A stretch of 64,000 bases of DNA from positions 576,001 to 640,000 of the forward strand of contig CAWGMA010000001.1 in the NCBI GenBank assembly GCA_963823555.1. The letters run 5' to 3'. The DNA comes from Candidatus Eiseniibacteriota bacterium (GTDB lineage: Bacteria > Eisenbacteria > RBG-16-71-46 > CAVPCR01). Positions 50,641-61,197 of the stretch are shown piece by piece; position 1 is the first letter of the stretch; every line of letters begins with the position of its first letter. The notes beneath the pieces are model-generated. The model searched no databases and was not told the origin of the DNA. It saw nothing but the letters and a program-made list of their open reading frames with translations. A program made the position numbers and the translations under genes.

Positions 50641-51558
50641 ATGCCGGCTCGTGCGCTCACCGTCATCTTGGCCGCCGGGGAGGGGAAGCGGATGCACTCC
50701 ATTCTCCCCAAGGTGCTCCACCGGGTCGGCCGCCGTCCGCTGATCGAGCACCTGGTCCAAGCCTCGCTCAAATCCGGCCTGGGCCGGGTGATCGTGGTTG
50801 TCGGCCATCGCCGCGACATGGTGATCGAGGCCCTGGCCGATTATCCGATCGAATACGTCGTGCAGGCCGATCAGCACGGCACCGGTCACGCCCTCCAGAT
50901 CGTGGTGGAAAGCGTGGGCAGCTACGACGGCAGCTGCCTCGTCCTGCCCGGGGATGCGCCCTTTCTCCGGCCCGAGAACATGCGCCGGCTCGTCGAGTTC
51001 CATGAAGAGGGTGACTACGCCGCCACTCTTTTCACCGCAGAGATTCCCGATCCAACCGGTTACGGACGAGTCGTGCGCGATGCCAGTGGCGATGTGGCGC
51101 GCATCGTCGAACACGGTGACGCCTCGCCGGAAGAGCTCGAGATCCACGAGATCAACTCCAGCGTCTACGTCTTCGACTACAGGAAGCTCCGCGAGGTCCT
51201 GACTCAGCTGCGCGGTGAGAACCATCAGGGCGAGCTCTATCTCACGGACACGATTGACTACCTGCGCCGTTCCGGCAGTCGCGTCGGGGCGATCAAGGCC
51301 GAGGATCCGATCGAGGTCATGGGCATCAATGACCATGTGCAGCTCCGCGAGGCCGATCACATCTATCGCGAGCGGCAGCCACCCGAGCCGCCGAAGAAGG
51401 CGCGCCCGCAAGTCAGCTTCGACGAGGACGAAGACGAAGAGGAAATGGAGTTCATGCCCGGCATGGGGGCCGGTGGGGCGAACGGGACTGAAGCTCACCC
51501 CGGACAGAGCGATGGAGTGAGCGAGGCCGAAGAGTCGTCCTCGTCACGCGAGCCCTAG
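50641..51558 (+). CDS. GlmU-like nucleotidyltransferase (uridyltransferase domain only) with acidic tail
   Basis: 'LAAGEGKRM..PKVLH', 'GTGHA', 'GYGRV', 'ELYLTD'; no hexapeptide domain. Confidence 0.88.
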   Translation: MPARALTVILAAGEGKRMHSILPKVLHRVGRRPLIEHLVQASLKSGLGRVIVVVGHRRDMVIEALADYPIEYVVQADQHGTGHALQIVVESVGSYDGSCLVLPGDAPFLRPENMRRLVEFHEEGDYAATLFTAEIPDPTGYGRVVRDASGDVARIVEHGDASPEELEIHEINSSVYVFDYRKLREVLTQLRGENHQGELYLTDTIDYLRRSGSRVGAIKAEDPIEVMGINDHVQLREADHIYRERQPPEPPKKARPQVSFDEDEDEEEMEFMPGMGAGGANGTEAHPGQSDGVSEAEESSSSREP

Positions 51559-51604
51559 GCGAGGGTGCGGCCACGGCTGTTCCGAGTGACAGGAAGGCAG
51601 GACC

Positions 51605-52129
51605 GTGCAACGTCTCTGGGCCGGCTGGCGCATGAGCTACATCGAGTCGGCACGCACAGGAGAGAGCGGCTGCATCTTCTGCACCAAGCCGGCGGTGGGG
51701 AATGACGAGCAGGAACTCCTGCTCGAGCGCGGGCGGACGTGTTTCACCATGCTGAACGCATTTCCCTACAACACGGGTCATCTCATGGTGGCGCCCCTGC
51801 GGCATGTCGATTCCTTTTCTGGACTCGACGATGATGAGCGCGTCGATCTCCTGACTCTCGTCGGGCGCGCCGAGGAGATCCTGCGCCGGGAATATCGCCC
51901 TCAGGGGTTCAACATGGGAGTCAATCTGGGAGAGGCGGCTGGAGCCGGCGTGCTCGGGCACCTGCACGTTCACGTGGTCCCGCGCTGGAGCGGAGACACC
52001 AACTTCATGGCCGCGATCGGCGAGGCCAGGGTTCTTCCTGAGGCTCTGGGGAGAACCTTCGAAAGGCTGCGCCAGGCGTTGGCGGATCTGGGGCCGGCCG
52101 GCTCATGGCCACCTCCGGTGTCGCCATGA
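51605..52129 (+). CDS. HIT family hydrolase (Ap4A phosphorylase-like)
   Basis: 'LWAGWRMSYI', CIFC, HLHVH, 'PRWSGDTNF'. Confidence 0.92.
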   Translation: MQRLWAGWRMSYIESARTGESGCIFCTKPAVGNDEQELLLERGRTCFTMLNAFPYNTGHLMVAPLRHVDSFSGLDDDERVDLLTLVGRAEEILRREYRPQGFNMGVNLGEAAGAGVLGHLHVHVVPRWSGDTNFMAAIGEARVLPEALGRTFERLRQALADLGPAGSWPPPVSP

Positions 52130-52719
52130 GCAGGCGGCGACGCGGCCGGAGCGAGAGGCCAGTTCGCGAGGCCGTCCTCGATGCCACGATCGTGACTTTG
52201 AGCATGGTCGTTGGGCTGCTCCTCGTATCCACATTGTGGCGAGGGCTGACGGCGGGTCACAAGGAGCCGAGGAGCGGCATCGATCACCACCAAGCCGCTG
52301 TCGGGGCGACGAGCGAAGACGGTGGCCACCCGGGACCCGCCCGCGGCGCCGCCGCGGCGGACCTCGCCGCTGGCGCGGGCCAGGGCCTTTCGGCTCGCAG
52401 CGTCCCGGAACAGCCGATCCGAGTGCAGGTCCTGAACGGCTGTGGTGTGAATGGAGCCGGCCGCAAGATGACCTCGGTCCTCCGGCAGATGGCCGGGATC
52501 GATGTCGTCGAGATCGGCAACGCGGACACCATGGACTTCGAGGAAACGGTGGTCGTGGATCGGGTTGGGGATGGGGTGGTGGCGCGAGCCGTGGCCCGGG
52601 CGATTGGAGACCCGCCCATCGTTCTGCAGCGCAAAGCGGGGCTTTCCCACGCGGTGACGGTCATCGTGGGGTATGACGGAGGCCGGTGGAAGGGAACCCT
52701 GGCCGGCCAGGTGCCCTGA
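52126..52719 (+). CDS. LytR C-terminal domain membrane protein
   Basis: One TM, then 'VQVLNGCGVNGAG', 'GNAD', 'VTVIVGYD'. Confidence 0.82.
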   Translation: MSRRRRGRSERPVREAVLDATIVTLSMVVGLLLVSTLWRGLTAGHKEPRSGIDHHQAAVGATSEDGGHPGPARGAAAADLAAGAGQGLSARSVPEQPIRVQVLNGCGVNGAGRKMTSVLRQMAGIDVVEIGNADTMDFEETVVVDRVGDGVVARAVARAIGDPPIVLQRKAGLSHAVTVIVGYDGGRWKGTLAGQVP

Positions 52720-52752
52720 CCCCGCCACGTCGGGATCGGGCAAGGAGGGGGC

Positions 52753-53019
52753 TTGGCGACGCGCAAGATCCGCTTCGGTCTCTTGGCTTTGATCCTGTTC
52801 CTCGGATTGCTGACGGGATCGGCGGTCGGCAAGATGCTCGGCGTGATCCTGCCCGAAGGGGCGGTGCGGAGCTTCTTTGTCGAAGGTTTCAACTACGTCT
52901 TCGGCCCCCACACCATCAACTTCATCGTCTTCACGGTCACGATTGGATTCACGATCGACGTGAACGTGGTCGGCGTGCTCGGCGTCATCGTCCTCGCCCA
53001 GCTCCTGCGCTGGTACTGA
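52753..53019 (+). CDS. Small membrane protein (DUF4321-like)
   Basis: TTG after AGGAGG; TM-loop-beta hairpin-TM pattern. Confidence 0.65.
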   Translation: MATRKIRFGLLALILFLGLLTGSAVGKMLGVILPEGAVRSFFVEGFNYVFGPHTINFIVFTVTIGFTIDVNVVGVLGVIVLAQLLRWY

Positions 53020-53096
53020 GACGAAGGACCGGATGGTTGGTGACCCGCCCGGCGCGATGAGTGGGGATGCGGCAGGCGGCCTCGCCCGGGAGCGCC

Positions 53097-53125
53097 TTGC
53101 CTCGCCCCCCGGGGGCTGCTAGGCT
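53097..53125 (+). promoter_or_regulatory. sigma70-type promoter for tatA
   Basis: TTGCCT-17nt-TAGGCT with TG extension. Confidence 0.5.
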
Positions 53126-53182
53126 CGCATTCGTGGCGGGCAAGATCTGCCCGCCGCCACGGGTCAGGAGAGCTTGAAGGCC

Positions 53183-53392
53183 ATGGGCAGTATCGGTACG
53201 CAAGAACTCATTATCATCCTAGTCATCGTTCTCCTCCTGTTCGGAGCCAAGCGGATCCCCGAAATCGCTCGCTCCATGGGGCATGGCATTCGCGAGTTCA
53301 AGAAGGCGACTCGGGAGATCACCGACGAGGTCAATTCGTCGGTCTCGGGGAAGGACGACGACAAGGACAAGCCGACGCGCCCATCCTCCTAG
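53183..53392 (+). CDS. tatA: Twin-arginine translocase TatA/E
   Basis: 'ELIIILVIVLLLFGAKRIPE..GIREFKK'. Confidence 0.93.
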   Translation: MGSIGTQELIIILVIVLLLFGAKRIPEIARSMGHGIREFKKATREITDEVNSSVSGKDDDKDKPTRPSS

Positions 53393-53482
53393 CGCGCTCG
53401 AGCGAGGTAACGGAAGAGTCCCGCAGTGGCGCGCTCCACGACGCGCTGGCGCGGCGCCCGCTTTTTCTTCCGCAGCAGGAAA

Positions 53483-55282
53483 CTAGAAGAAGCGCGAGCG
53501 CCGGTCTTCGATGTCCGATCGACTTCTCATGTCGGCAAGCCAGGCCTCCAGCACCCCGTTCTGGCGCTCGCGTTCGAGGATCTGGCGAGCGGTCTGCCGC
53601 TGGCGATCGCGGTCGGCAGGTTCGGGAGGGAACAGCGAGTCGGCACGGACGACGAAGAAGCCCTTGTCGGTCTCGATGAGATCGGAGATCGCGCCGACTG
53701 ACAGGGCGAAGCTCTTGCCGATGAGCTCCGGATCGGCGCCTACCTCCCCGAAGTAACCCTTGCGCGCGAACTTGTTCGAGTCCCTGACCTCGAGAGTCTC
53801 GGCGCGGGCCGCGGCTTCCAGGGCCCCGGCGGCCTTGACCGCAGCGATCACCCGTTCAGCCTTGGTGCGCGCCAGCTCGTGCTGGCGGGAGCGGAGAACC
53901 TCGCGATCGACGCGCGTCCGGACCTCATCGAACGGGAGTGTCTCCGCCGGGCGCCGGTCCTCCACCTGGAAGATGACGAAGTCGTTCTCGGTCTCGATCG
54001 GAGTGCCCACCGCGCCCTTTGGGTGCTGGAAGGCCCACTCGACCGCCTCGCGCGCTCCGGTCAGGAGCGGGCTGAAGGAGTTGCGCTCGAAGAGGGCAGT
54101 GGTATCGGCCTCGACTCCGGCGCTGGCGGCGGCCGCCGCCATGCCGTGGCGCTTGGCCTGGTCGACGAGGGTGCGCGCCTCGCCGCGCAGTTCGGTAAGG
54201 GTCTCGGCTCCAGGCGTGATGCGCTGCTCGATGGTGGCAAAACGGCGGGCCGGCTCTCCCCCGATGACCGAGTCGGCAGTCACCTGGACGAGGATCACCC
54301 GGTTTGCGATCCGGATTGGCTCCGAGACCTGGCCCAGGGCGAGCGCGAAGACCTGATCGGCGAGCTCGGGTTCGACCTCGCGCTTCTGCATGTAGCGGCC
54401 GCGATCGCCGCCCTGCGCCGCGAAGGCGTCCTGGGAGAAGCTCTCGGCGATGCCAGCAAAGGTCACATCCCCGGCCCGGATCGTCGAGATGAACCCGCGC
54501 ACATCCTCGAGCACCTCGTTCTCGTCGGTTTCGCTCGGGGTCTTGGGAAGTCGTACCACGACGAGCTGGGCCCGCTCACCGACCTTGAAATCCTCCGGGT
54601 GGGCTTCGTAGTAGGCCCGAGCCTCCGCGTCGCTGATCTCGGTCGAGGACGCCGGGAAATTGCGGGGGTCGATCCAGAGGAAGCTCGCCCGCATGTTTTC
54701 GTAACGGTCACGGACGAACGCGTCGACGTCCCCCTCGGAGACCTTGGCCGCCGAGAGCACGGCGCGTTCGAGCTTCGACATGGGGAGCTGGAGGCGAGTC
54801 AGCTCCTCATACCAGGTGAACATCTCAGGGGTCCGGCGGAGGGCTTCCTGGTAGACTGCGACGTTGATCTGACCCGTGGCCGTGTCGATGAAAGCGGGAT
54901 TCTGGCGCAGCTCATCCGGCGGGTTCTGGCGCACCCAGAACACCACCTCGTCGTCGGAGAGCGGGAGAGCTCTCTTGGCAGCGGCCTGGCTCACCAGGAT
55001 CTCATCGATCATCTGCTGCCAGGTCTGGTCGGCGACCCGGCGCTCGTCCTCGAGGGTCGGTTCGCGGTCACCCCGGGCGCGCAGAGCCTGCAGGTTGGCC
55101 GTGAGTCGCCGCTGGTAGGTCTGGTAGGGGATCTCCTGGCCGTTCACCCAGCCGACGGCGCCGGCGGTTCCCTGCTTGCCGAATTGCAGGTCCGCGCCCC
55201 AGACCAGGATGATGAAACCAACAAAGGCGATGACGACGAACCAGAGGATGATGCGGGTGTTGTTACGCAGGGTTTGCAGCAT
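53483..55282 (-). CDS. PpiD/SurA-like membrane-anchored parvulin chaperone
   Basis: N-terminal TM, SurA_N, parvulin 'FAGIAESFSQD..GGDRG'. Confidence 0.85.
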   Translation of the reverse strand: MLQTLRNNTRIILWFVVIAFVGFIILVWGADLQFGKQGTAGAVGWVNGQEIPYQTYQRRLTANLQALRARGDREPTLEDERRVADQTWQQMIDEILVSQAAAKRALPLSDDEVVFWVRQNPPDELRQNPAFIDTATGQINVAVYQEALRRTPEMFTWYEELTRLQLPMSKLERAVLSAAKVSEGDVDAFVRDRYENMRASFLWIDPRNFPASSTEISDAEARAYYEAHPEDFKVGERAQLVVVRLPKTPSETDENEVLEDVRGFISTIRAGDVTFAGIAESFSQDAFAAQGGDRGRYMQKREVEPELADQVFALALGQVSEPIRIANRVILVQVTADSVIGGEPARRFATIEQRITPGAETLTELRGEARTLVDQAKRHGMAAAAASAGVEADTTALFERNSFSPLLTGAREAVEWAFQHPKGAVGTPIETENDFVIFQVEDRRPAETLPFDEVRTRVDREVLRSRQHELARTKAERVIAAVKAAGALEAAARAETLEVRDSNKFARKGYFGEVGADPELIGKSFALSVGAISDLIETDKGFFVVRADSLFPPEPADRDRQRQTARQILERERQNGVLEAWLADMRSRSDIEDRRSRFF

Positions 55283-55527
55283 GAGTTCGATCTTCCTGGG
55301 CGCGAGCCTGGGGGACGGTGCCTACGGCTCGCATCGCTAAGGGACGAGGCCACCTCGGATCCCGTCCGCGGCGCGCAGCGCGGGCGGGCGAAGGACCAAA
55401 GATTGAACCATAGGGCCGGCTCTGATTCAAGGCCGGGCTCGACCCTCCCGGCCCCGGGGACTCGTCCCGGTGCGGGGTCGGTGGCGAGGCGCCGGGTCTT
55501 CCGGTTCGCCGGCGCGACCGGCTCTCC

Positions 55528-55556
55528 TTGACGCACCAGGGTCCCGTTTCTAGACT
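55528..55556 (+). promoter_or_regulatory. sigma70-type promoter for the CNNM pair
   Basis: TTGACG-17nt-TAGACT. Confidence 0.6.
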
Positions 55557-55631
55557 TCGCGCGCCTCCGGCCGCCGAGCTGGGAGCCGCAGATGCGACCT
55601 GACTCCTGGAGAAGGAGGTTGCTCCGGCACC

Positions 55632-56966
55632 ATGGGCTTCGAGACGACGCTCGTCCTGCTAGTCAGCCTCCTCGTGCTGTCGGCGTTCCTCTCTGCGTCT
55701 GAAACCGCCCTCTTCAGCCTGAACCGCATTCAGATCAGGCGCTTGCAGGGCTCCCGCCACCGTCGCGACCGCGCCGTGGTCCGCCTGCTGGAGCACCCCG
55801 CCGATCTCCTGTCGGCGATCCTCGTGGCCAATACGCTGGTCAACGTGGCCTTCACGGCGCTCATCACCGACTTCCTCCTCGATCGACTGGGACTGGAACC
55901 GCAGCAGGCGGCCGTCCAGGCGGCGGTCGTGGCCACGATCCTCATCATCTTCTTCGGGGAGATCACGCCGAAGACGGTGGCGATCCGCGGGGCCGAGGTG
56001 ATCGCTCCCCGCGTGGCCGGTCCGCTGCAGGTGATCAGTCTGGTGCTCCGCCCGGTCGTTCTCGTGCTGTCACGCCTTGCCTACGCCGCACTCCGGCCCT
56101 TCGGTATTCGCGGCGCGTTCACCGGCCTGAGGGGACTCACCCAGGCCGAGCTCCGCACCCTCTTCGAAGAGGTGGGAGAGGATCAGGTCCTGAGCCGGGC
56201 CGAGCGCGAGATTGCAGCCCGCATCTTCGAGTTCTCGGCCACCAGGGCGGCCGAGGTCATGACTCCACGAGTCGATATCCGGAGCGCCGACCGTCGCGTC
56301 AGCCGTCAAGCCCTGGCCGAGGTGATCAGGACCTCACGCCATGCGCGAATTCCCATCTCCGAAGGCTCCATCGATCACATTGTCGGTTTCGTGAGCGCCA
56401 AGGAGTACCTCCTCGATCCGGGCGCCGGGCTTGATGAGCTCCTGAAGCCCGTGCTCTTCGTCCCGGAGACCAAGCCGGCCAACGAGATATTCCACGAAAT
56501 CCAGCGCCGGCGGATCGGCATGGTCGTGGTGGTCGACGAGTACGGCCATACCGTTGGCATCATCACCAAGGAGGATCTGGTCGAGGAGATCGTCGGCGAG
56601 ATCTACGACGAATACGAGTCCGAGTCCGAACCCATCGTGAAGGTGGGTCCGGATCGCTATCGGGTGAGCGGGCGGGCCGCCGTCGACGAGCTGGAGGCAC
56701 GCTTCGGCGTGTCATTCGATACCGAGGCAGTCACTTTGAACGGTCTCCTGGCCGACTATCTGGGCGGCATCCCGCGCCCCGGGGAGCGCCTGGAGGACCA
56801 TGGGTTGCGCTTCATCGTGCTCGAAGTGCGCCGCCACCGCGTCCACCGCTGCGAGATCCAGCGCTTGAGCCCGGGGGGTGAAGAGGAAGGCAGTGCAGGC
56901 CGTTCCGGTGCCGGCACGCGAGCAACGAGAGACGCAGGCGCCGGGCGGAGGCGGGGGCCACGATGA
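55632..56966 (+). CDS. CNNM(DUF21)-CBS-CorC hemolysin-family protein
   Basis: 'SASETA', 'GEITPK', 'VMTPR', '[19 protein letters not shown]'. Confidence 0.92.
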   Translation: MGFETTLVLLVSLLVLSAFLSASETALFSLNRIQIRRLQGSRHRRDRAVVRLLEHPADLLSAILVANTLVNVAFTALITDFLLDRLGLEPQQAAVQAAVVATILIIFFGEITPKTVAIRGAEVIAPRVAGPLQVISLVLRPVVLVLSRLAYAALRPFGIRGAFTGLRGLTQAELRTLFEEVGEDQVLSRAEREIAARIFEFSATRAAEVMTPRVDIRSADRRVSRQALAEVIRTSRHARIPISEGSIDHIVGFVSAKEYLLDPGAGLDELLKPVLFVPETKPANEIFHEIQRRRIGMVVVVDEYGHTVGIITKEDLVEEIVGEIYDEYESESEPIVKVGPDRYRVSGRAAVDELEARFGVSFDTEAVTLNGLLADYLGGIPRPGERLEDHGLRFIVLEVRRHRVHRCEIQRLSPGGEEEGSAGRSGAGTRATRDAGAGRRRGPR

Positions 56967-58240
56967 GTTCCGAGCTCCTGGCCTGGATGTTCGTTGCCGC
57001 CACGGTGGTCGCTGCCGCCTTCTTCAACGGAGCCGAGATGGGGCTCATCTCGGTCAACCGACTCAGGTTGCGTCAGGCTGCCGAGCGCGGGAGCGGCACT
57101 GCCCTCGTCCTTCGCCGCCTCCTCGATCGCCAGGAGGCCGTGCTCACCACCTGTCTCCTCGGCATCAACTTCTTCACCGTGTCGGGAGCCGCGGTGGCCA
57201 CCTCGCTGCTCGAGCACCGGATGGGCGACGCCGGGGCGCTGCTGGCGACGATTCTCATGACCGTGGCCCACGTCATCTTCGCCGAGATCATGCCCAAGGC
57301 CCTCTTTCGCCAGCTCGCCGACCAGCTCATGCTCCTTGCAGCGCCCATCCTTCGTCTGGTTCTGCTTCTCGCTTCCCCGCTCGTCGGCGCTATCACGGCG
57401 GCCTACCGCCTCTTTCTGCCTGGCCCCCGGAGTCTCTTCGTGAGCCGGGAAGAGCTGCTCGTGCTCGTTCGCGAGGCAACCCAGGAAGCGGGGTCCCGCT
57501 TTCGGGAGCGGAAGATGCTCGAGTCCGTCTTCGACTTCTCGGAGACGGTGGCCCGCGAGGTCATGATTCCCCTCTCGGATGTGGTCGCCATCGATGAACA
57601 GGCGCCCCGCCAGGCCTTTCTCGATCTTGTCCGCCGGCACGGGCACACCCGGATCCCGGTCTATCGCCAGCGCCCCGACCGGATCGCGGGTTTCGTCAAC
57701 GTTTTCGATCTCCTGGTCGACCAGGCCCCGCAGCCCCGGGTGGCCGACTACCGCCGCGACATCCCGATCTTCCCCGATTCCAAGCGCATCGATCGCTTGC
57801 TCCGGGATCTGCAGGCCCGGCGGGCGTCCATGGCCGCGGTCGTGAACGAGTTCGGAATGGTGATCGGGATCGTCACCGTCGAGGACATCATCGAGGAGAT
57901 CATGGGCGAGCTCACCGACGAGCACGAGGAGGCCGCGCCCCGGATCCGCCGCGTCGCTCCGGATGCCTACCTGGTGGATGCGCGTACCGATGTCGATGAC
58001 CTGAACCAGGAGCTAGGGCTGGCCCTGCCCAAGGAGCGCTACGACACCTTGGGCGGGCTTCTCTTGAAGCGCTTTGGTCGCGTCCCGCGCCCCGGGGAGT
58101 CGGTGCGCTTCCGTGGCGTGCGGCTCCGTGTCGAGGAGGCTGACGACTATGCCGTGCGCTGGGTGCGACTGTCCCGCTCCGGACGGGATCAGGAAACGCG
58201 TGGAAAGGGCATTGTCGAGGCGGGACCGGGTGCGAGTTGA
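56963..58240 (+). CDS. Second CNNM-CBS-CorC protein
   Basis: 'NGAEMG', 'AEIMPK', 'VNEFG..EDIIEEIMGE', 'TLGG'. Confidence 0.92.
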   Translation: MSSELLAWMFVAATVVAAAFFNGAEMGLISVNRLRLRQAAERGSGTALVLRRLLDRQEAVLTTCLLGINFFTVSGAAVATSLLEHRMGDAGALLATILMTVAHVIFAEIMPKALFRQLADQLMLLAAPILRLVLLLASPLVGAITAAYRLFLPGPRSLFVSREELLVLVREATQEAGSRFRERKMLESVFDFSETVAREVMIPLSDVVAIDEQAPRQAFLDLVRRHGHTRIPVYRQRPDRIAGFVNVFDLLVDQAPQPRVADYRRDIPIFPDSKRIDRLLRDLQARRASMAAVVNEFGMVIGIVTVEDIIEEIMGELTDEHEEAAPRIRRVAPDAYLVDARTDVDDLNQELGLALPKERYDTLGGLLLKRFGRVPRPGESVRFRGVRLRVEEADDYAVRWVRLSRSGRDQETRGKGIVEAGPGAS

Positions 58241-58260
58241 CGAGTCTTGTGCATTCTCCG

Positions 58261-58290
58261 TTGACAAGTTGAAATCAACATCGCTATTTT
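58261..58290 (+). promoter_or_regulatory. sigma70-type promoter with a palindrome in the spacer
   Basis: TTGACA-18nt-TATTTT; GTTGA-AA-TCAAC at 58268-58279. Confidence 0.55.
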
Positions 58291-58381
58291 GGCCGCGTGC
58301 AACGAGTCGCATCGCTCGCACGATGCGAGCGCGGCTCGAGCCGCCCGCCGGCGGCCCCGGTTTACGAGGTGACATCCCGGA

Positions 58382-59482
58382 ATGGCCGAATCGAGCCCGA
58401 CACTCGACACGCTGCGCTTCGCGGACACCATCCTCGACAGTCTCGATCATGGCGTGCTGGCTATCGATGCGGAGAACCGCATCGTGTTCGTCAACCGTAT
58501 CGCCGAGGGCATCCTGAGCCTGACCCGGGAGGAACTCTGCGGCGCGGTGCTTGCCGACGTGCTCCGGACCCCGCGGAACTCACGGTGGCTGGTCTACGAT
58601 CCGGAGCGGGTCTCGACCGAGGAGTTCCACCGGGTGCGCCGAGTGAAGGACGGGAATCGGATCATCCTCCGCTCCCGCACCATTCCCTTGCGCGATGCCG
58701 AGGGAGTGGTGTTGGGCACGGCCGCCCTCTTCACGGAGGCGGCCGACGAGGATGAGGTCCTGCACACCGATCGCGACCGGCTGATCTCCCTGGGAGAGCT
58801 CTCGGCCTCGGTTGCCCACGAGATCCGGAATCCCCTGACCGGTATCCGCACAACCGTGCAGTTCGTCCAGTCGAAGCTCGAGGCGGGGGATCCCCGGCGC
58901 GAGGACCTGGATGATGTCATCAGCGAGCTCGATCGCATCGACCAGATCATCACGGACCTCCTCTTGTTCGCCCGCCCCAAGCCGGTGCGCTCGGCGCCGA
59001 TGGACATGAACCCGCTCGTGGGCAAGGTCCTGGACAGCCTGGCGGGCCGGTTCGAGGAGAGCAACATCGTCGTCAAGCGCATCTTCGCCGAGGACCTGCC
59101 CCCGGTGCTCGGCGACTCCGATCTGATGAGTCAGGTCTTCTTCAATCTGGTATCGAATGCCATCGAGGCCATGCAGCCCGGAGGGGGTGAGCTCAAGGTG
59201 ACGACCACGGTGCGGCGGAGTCCCTCTGGCAAGCAGCGGCTCAATGTGTTCGTCTCGGACACGGGCTGCGGCATTCCTGAAAAGCACATAGAGGAGATCT
59301 TCGCCCCGTTCTTCACCACCCGCTCGATGGGTACCGGGCTCGGGCTGTCCATTTCCTTGCAGATCGTCCGCGCCCACTCGGGCAGCATCGCCCCCCGCAA
59401 CCGGCGCAATGGCGGGGCCACGTTCCGAGTGAGCCTCCCGGCCCTCGGGGCCGGGGAGCCACCGGGAGGTGTAGAGGAGTGA
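58382..59482 (+). CDS. Cytoplasmic PAS-domain histidine kinase (NtrB/AtoS-like)
   Basis: PAS; H-box AHEIRNPL; 'NAIEA', 'DTGCG', 'FFTT..GTGLGL'; no TM. Confidence 0.93.
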   Translation: MAESSPTLDTLRFADTILDSLDHGVLAIDAENRIVFVNRIAEGILSLTREELCGAVLADVLRTPRNSRWLVYDPERVSTEEFHRVRRVKDGNRIILRSRTIPLRDAEGVVLGTAALFTEAADEDEVLHTDRDRLISLGELSASVAHEIRNPLTGIRTTVQFVQSKLEAGDPRREDLDDVISELDRIDQIITDLLLFARPKPVRSAPMDMNPLVGKVLDSLAGRFEESNIVVKRIFAEDLPPVLGDSDLMSQVFFNLVSNAIEAMQPGGGELKVTTTVRRSPSGKQRLNVFVSDTGCGIPEKHIEEIFAPFFTTRSMGTGLGLSISLQIVRAHSGSIAPRNRRNGGATFRVSLPALGAGEPPGGVEE

Positions 59483-60849
59483 AGCACTCGATCCTGGTGG
59501 TGGATGACGAGAGGTCGGTCCGGACCTCGCTCAATCGGGCCCTGTCCGATGCCGGCTTCGATGTCCAGACCGTGGATTCGGTGGCCGCCGGCCGCGCGGT
59601 CCTCCTCAATTCACCGCCCGAGGTGGTGATCTCCGATCTGCGCCTCCCCGACGGGACCGGGCTCGAGATCCTGCAAGAGGCGAGGCGGCTGAACCGCGGT
59701 ATCCAGACCATCCTGATCACGGCTTACGGGGATATCCACCAGGCGGTGGAGGCGATGAAGGCGGGGGCGGGTGACTTCCTGAAGAAGCCCTATGAGCTGG
59801 AGGAGCTTCTCCTCGCTGTGCGATCAGCGGTCCGCAACCTGGAGCGCGAGACCCAGCTCGACGGCTTCCGTCGCCGTGCCCTGGAGCGCCATCATGCCGA
59901 CCAGATGATCGGCCGGTGCCCGGCCATGCAGGAGATCGCCCGGCTCATCGAGAAGGTGTCGCATTCCGAGGCGACCTCCGTGCTCATCACCGGAGAGTCC
60001 GGAACCGGGAAGGAGCTGGTTGCCAGGGCCCTCCACTACGGCAGCGCCAGAGCTCCCTATCCCCTGCAGGAGGTGAACTGCTCGAGCTTCCAGGAGGCGC
60101 TTCTCGAGAACGAGCTCTTCGGGCACGAACGGGGGGCCTTCACCGATGCCCGGGAGGCCAAGAAGGGGCTGGTCGAGCTCTGTGACAAGGGCACCCTCTT
60201 TCTCGATGAAGTGGGGGAGATGCCGCTCTCGACTCAGGCCAAGCTCCTGCGTTTCATCGACCAGAAGACATTCAAGCGCGTGGGAGGCGTCCAGGATATC
60301 GTGGTGGATATCCGGATCGTCGCTGCCACGAACAAGGATCTGGATGACGCCGTCGCCGAAGGTTCCTTCCGGGAGGACCTCTACTATCGCCTCAAGGTCA
60401 TCTCGATCCATATGCCGCCGCTCCGCGATCGCGGCGAGGATATCCTGATCCTGGCCGAGCATTTCCTTGCTCAGTATAGTCGCAAGTTCCGGAAGCACTT
60501 CCGCCAGATATCTGATGCTGCTTCCAAGATCCTCCTGGCCTATTCATGGCCGGGGAACGTCCGGGAGCTCAAGAACGTGCTCGAGCGCGCGGTCCTCCTG
60601 GAGGATGGCGTTGAGCTCACCCCGGACCTCCTCCCGCCCGAGGTCACGCGCTGCGTCAAGGCCAACGGCTCCGGCCGCCTGCAGAGCCTCGCCGAGGTGG
60701 AAGAGAGCCATGTGCTCTCCGTTCTCGAGTCGACGGGATGGAACAAGTCGCGTGCCGCCCGCGTGCTCGGTATCTCGCGTCAAGGACTCCTCGACCGCTT
60801 GAAGCGCATGAAGGTCGAGGCAATCGAGCATGGCGCCGAGCGCGCTTGA
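59479..60849 (+). CDS. sigma54-dependent response regulator (NtrC/AtoC-like)
   Basis: REC, GESGTGKE, GAFTDA, 'REDLYYRL', 'WPGNVREL', Fis HTH. Confidence 0.95.
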   Translation: MKHSILVVDDERSVRTSLNRALSDAGFDVQTVDSVAAGRAVLLNSPPEVVISDLRLPDGTGLEILQEARRLNRGIQTILITAYGDIHQAVEAMKAGAGDFLKKPYELEELLLAVRSAVRNLERETQLDGFRRRALERHHADQMIGRCPAMQEIARLIEKVSHSEATSVLITGESGTGKELVARALHYGSARAPYPLQEVNCSSFQEALLENELFGHERGAFTDAREAKKGLVELCDKGTLFLDEVGEMPLSTQAKLLRFIDQKTFKRVGGVQDIVVDIRIVAATNKDLDDAVAEGSFREDLYYRLKVISIHMPPLRDRGEDILILAEHFLAQYSRKFRKHFRQISDAASKILLAYSWPGNVRELKNVLERAVLLEDGVELTPDLLPPEVTRCVKANGSGRLQSLAEVEESHVLSVLESTGWNKSRAARVLGISRQGLLDRLKRMKVEAIEHGAERA

Positions 60850-60994
60850 TCCATCTGCACGCTGCTCGACATCAATTACTACGGTTCGCGAACATCGATC
60901 GCTTCATGCGCCTCTCCTGATTGAGTACAACCATGCAAAGTGTGTGCACTCTGTCCATTAACTTGGCGGCTGGAGCGCTTCGCCATGGTCGGTT

Positions 60995-61007
60995 CAATCC
61001 ATTGATA
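60995..61007. promoter_or_regulatory. IHF consensus site
   Basis: CAATCCATTGATA matches YAANNNNTTGATW exactly; in a lower-GC intergenic region. Confidence 0.45.
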
Positions 61008-61197
61008 GGCAACGTGTTGCAGGCAATCGGCCGCAATCTCATATGGAGCTATCAAGAAACTGGGCAAAAAGGGTGGTTTGGAAGTGCCTTCTATGATGTA
61101 GAAGAGGTCGCTGGCGAGGGCCGGACGGTCAGCTCAATTCTATGCTGCTCTTCACGATACACGGGGCAGTGCGCTACCACGCCGTGAATTCGTGAAT

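Noticed and set aside
61008..61021. Second sigma54 promoter GGCAACGTGTTGCA
   Set aside because: GG-GC spacing is 9 nt, not the required 10
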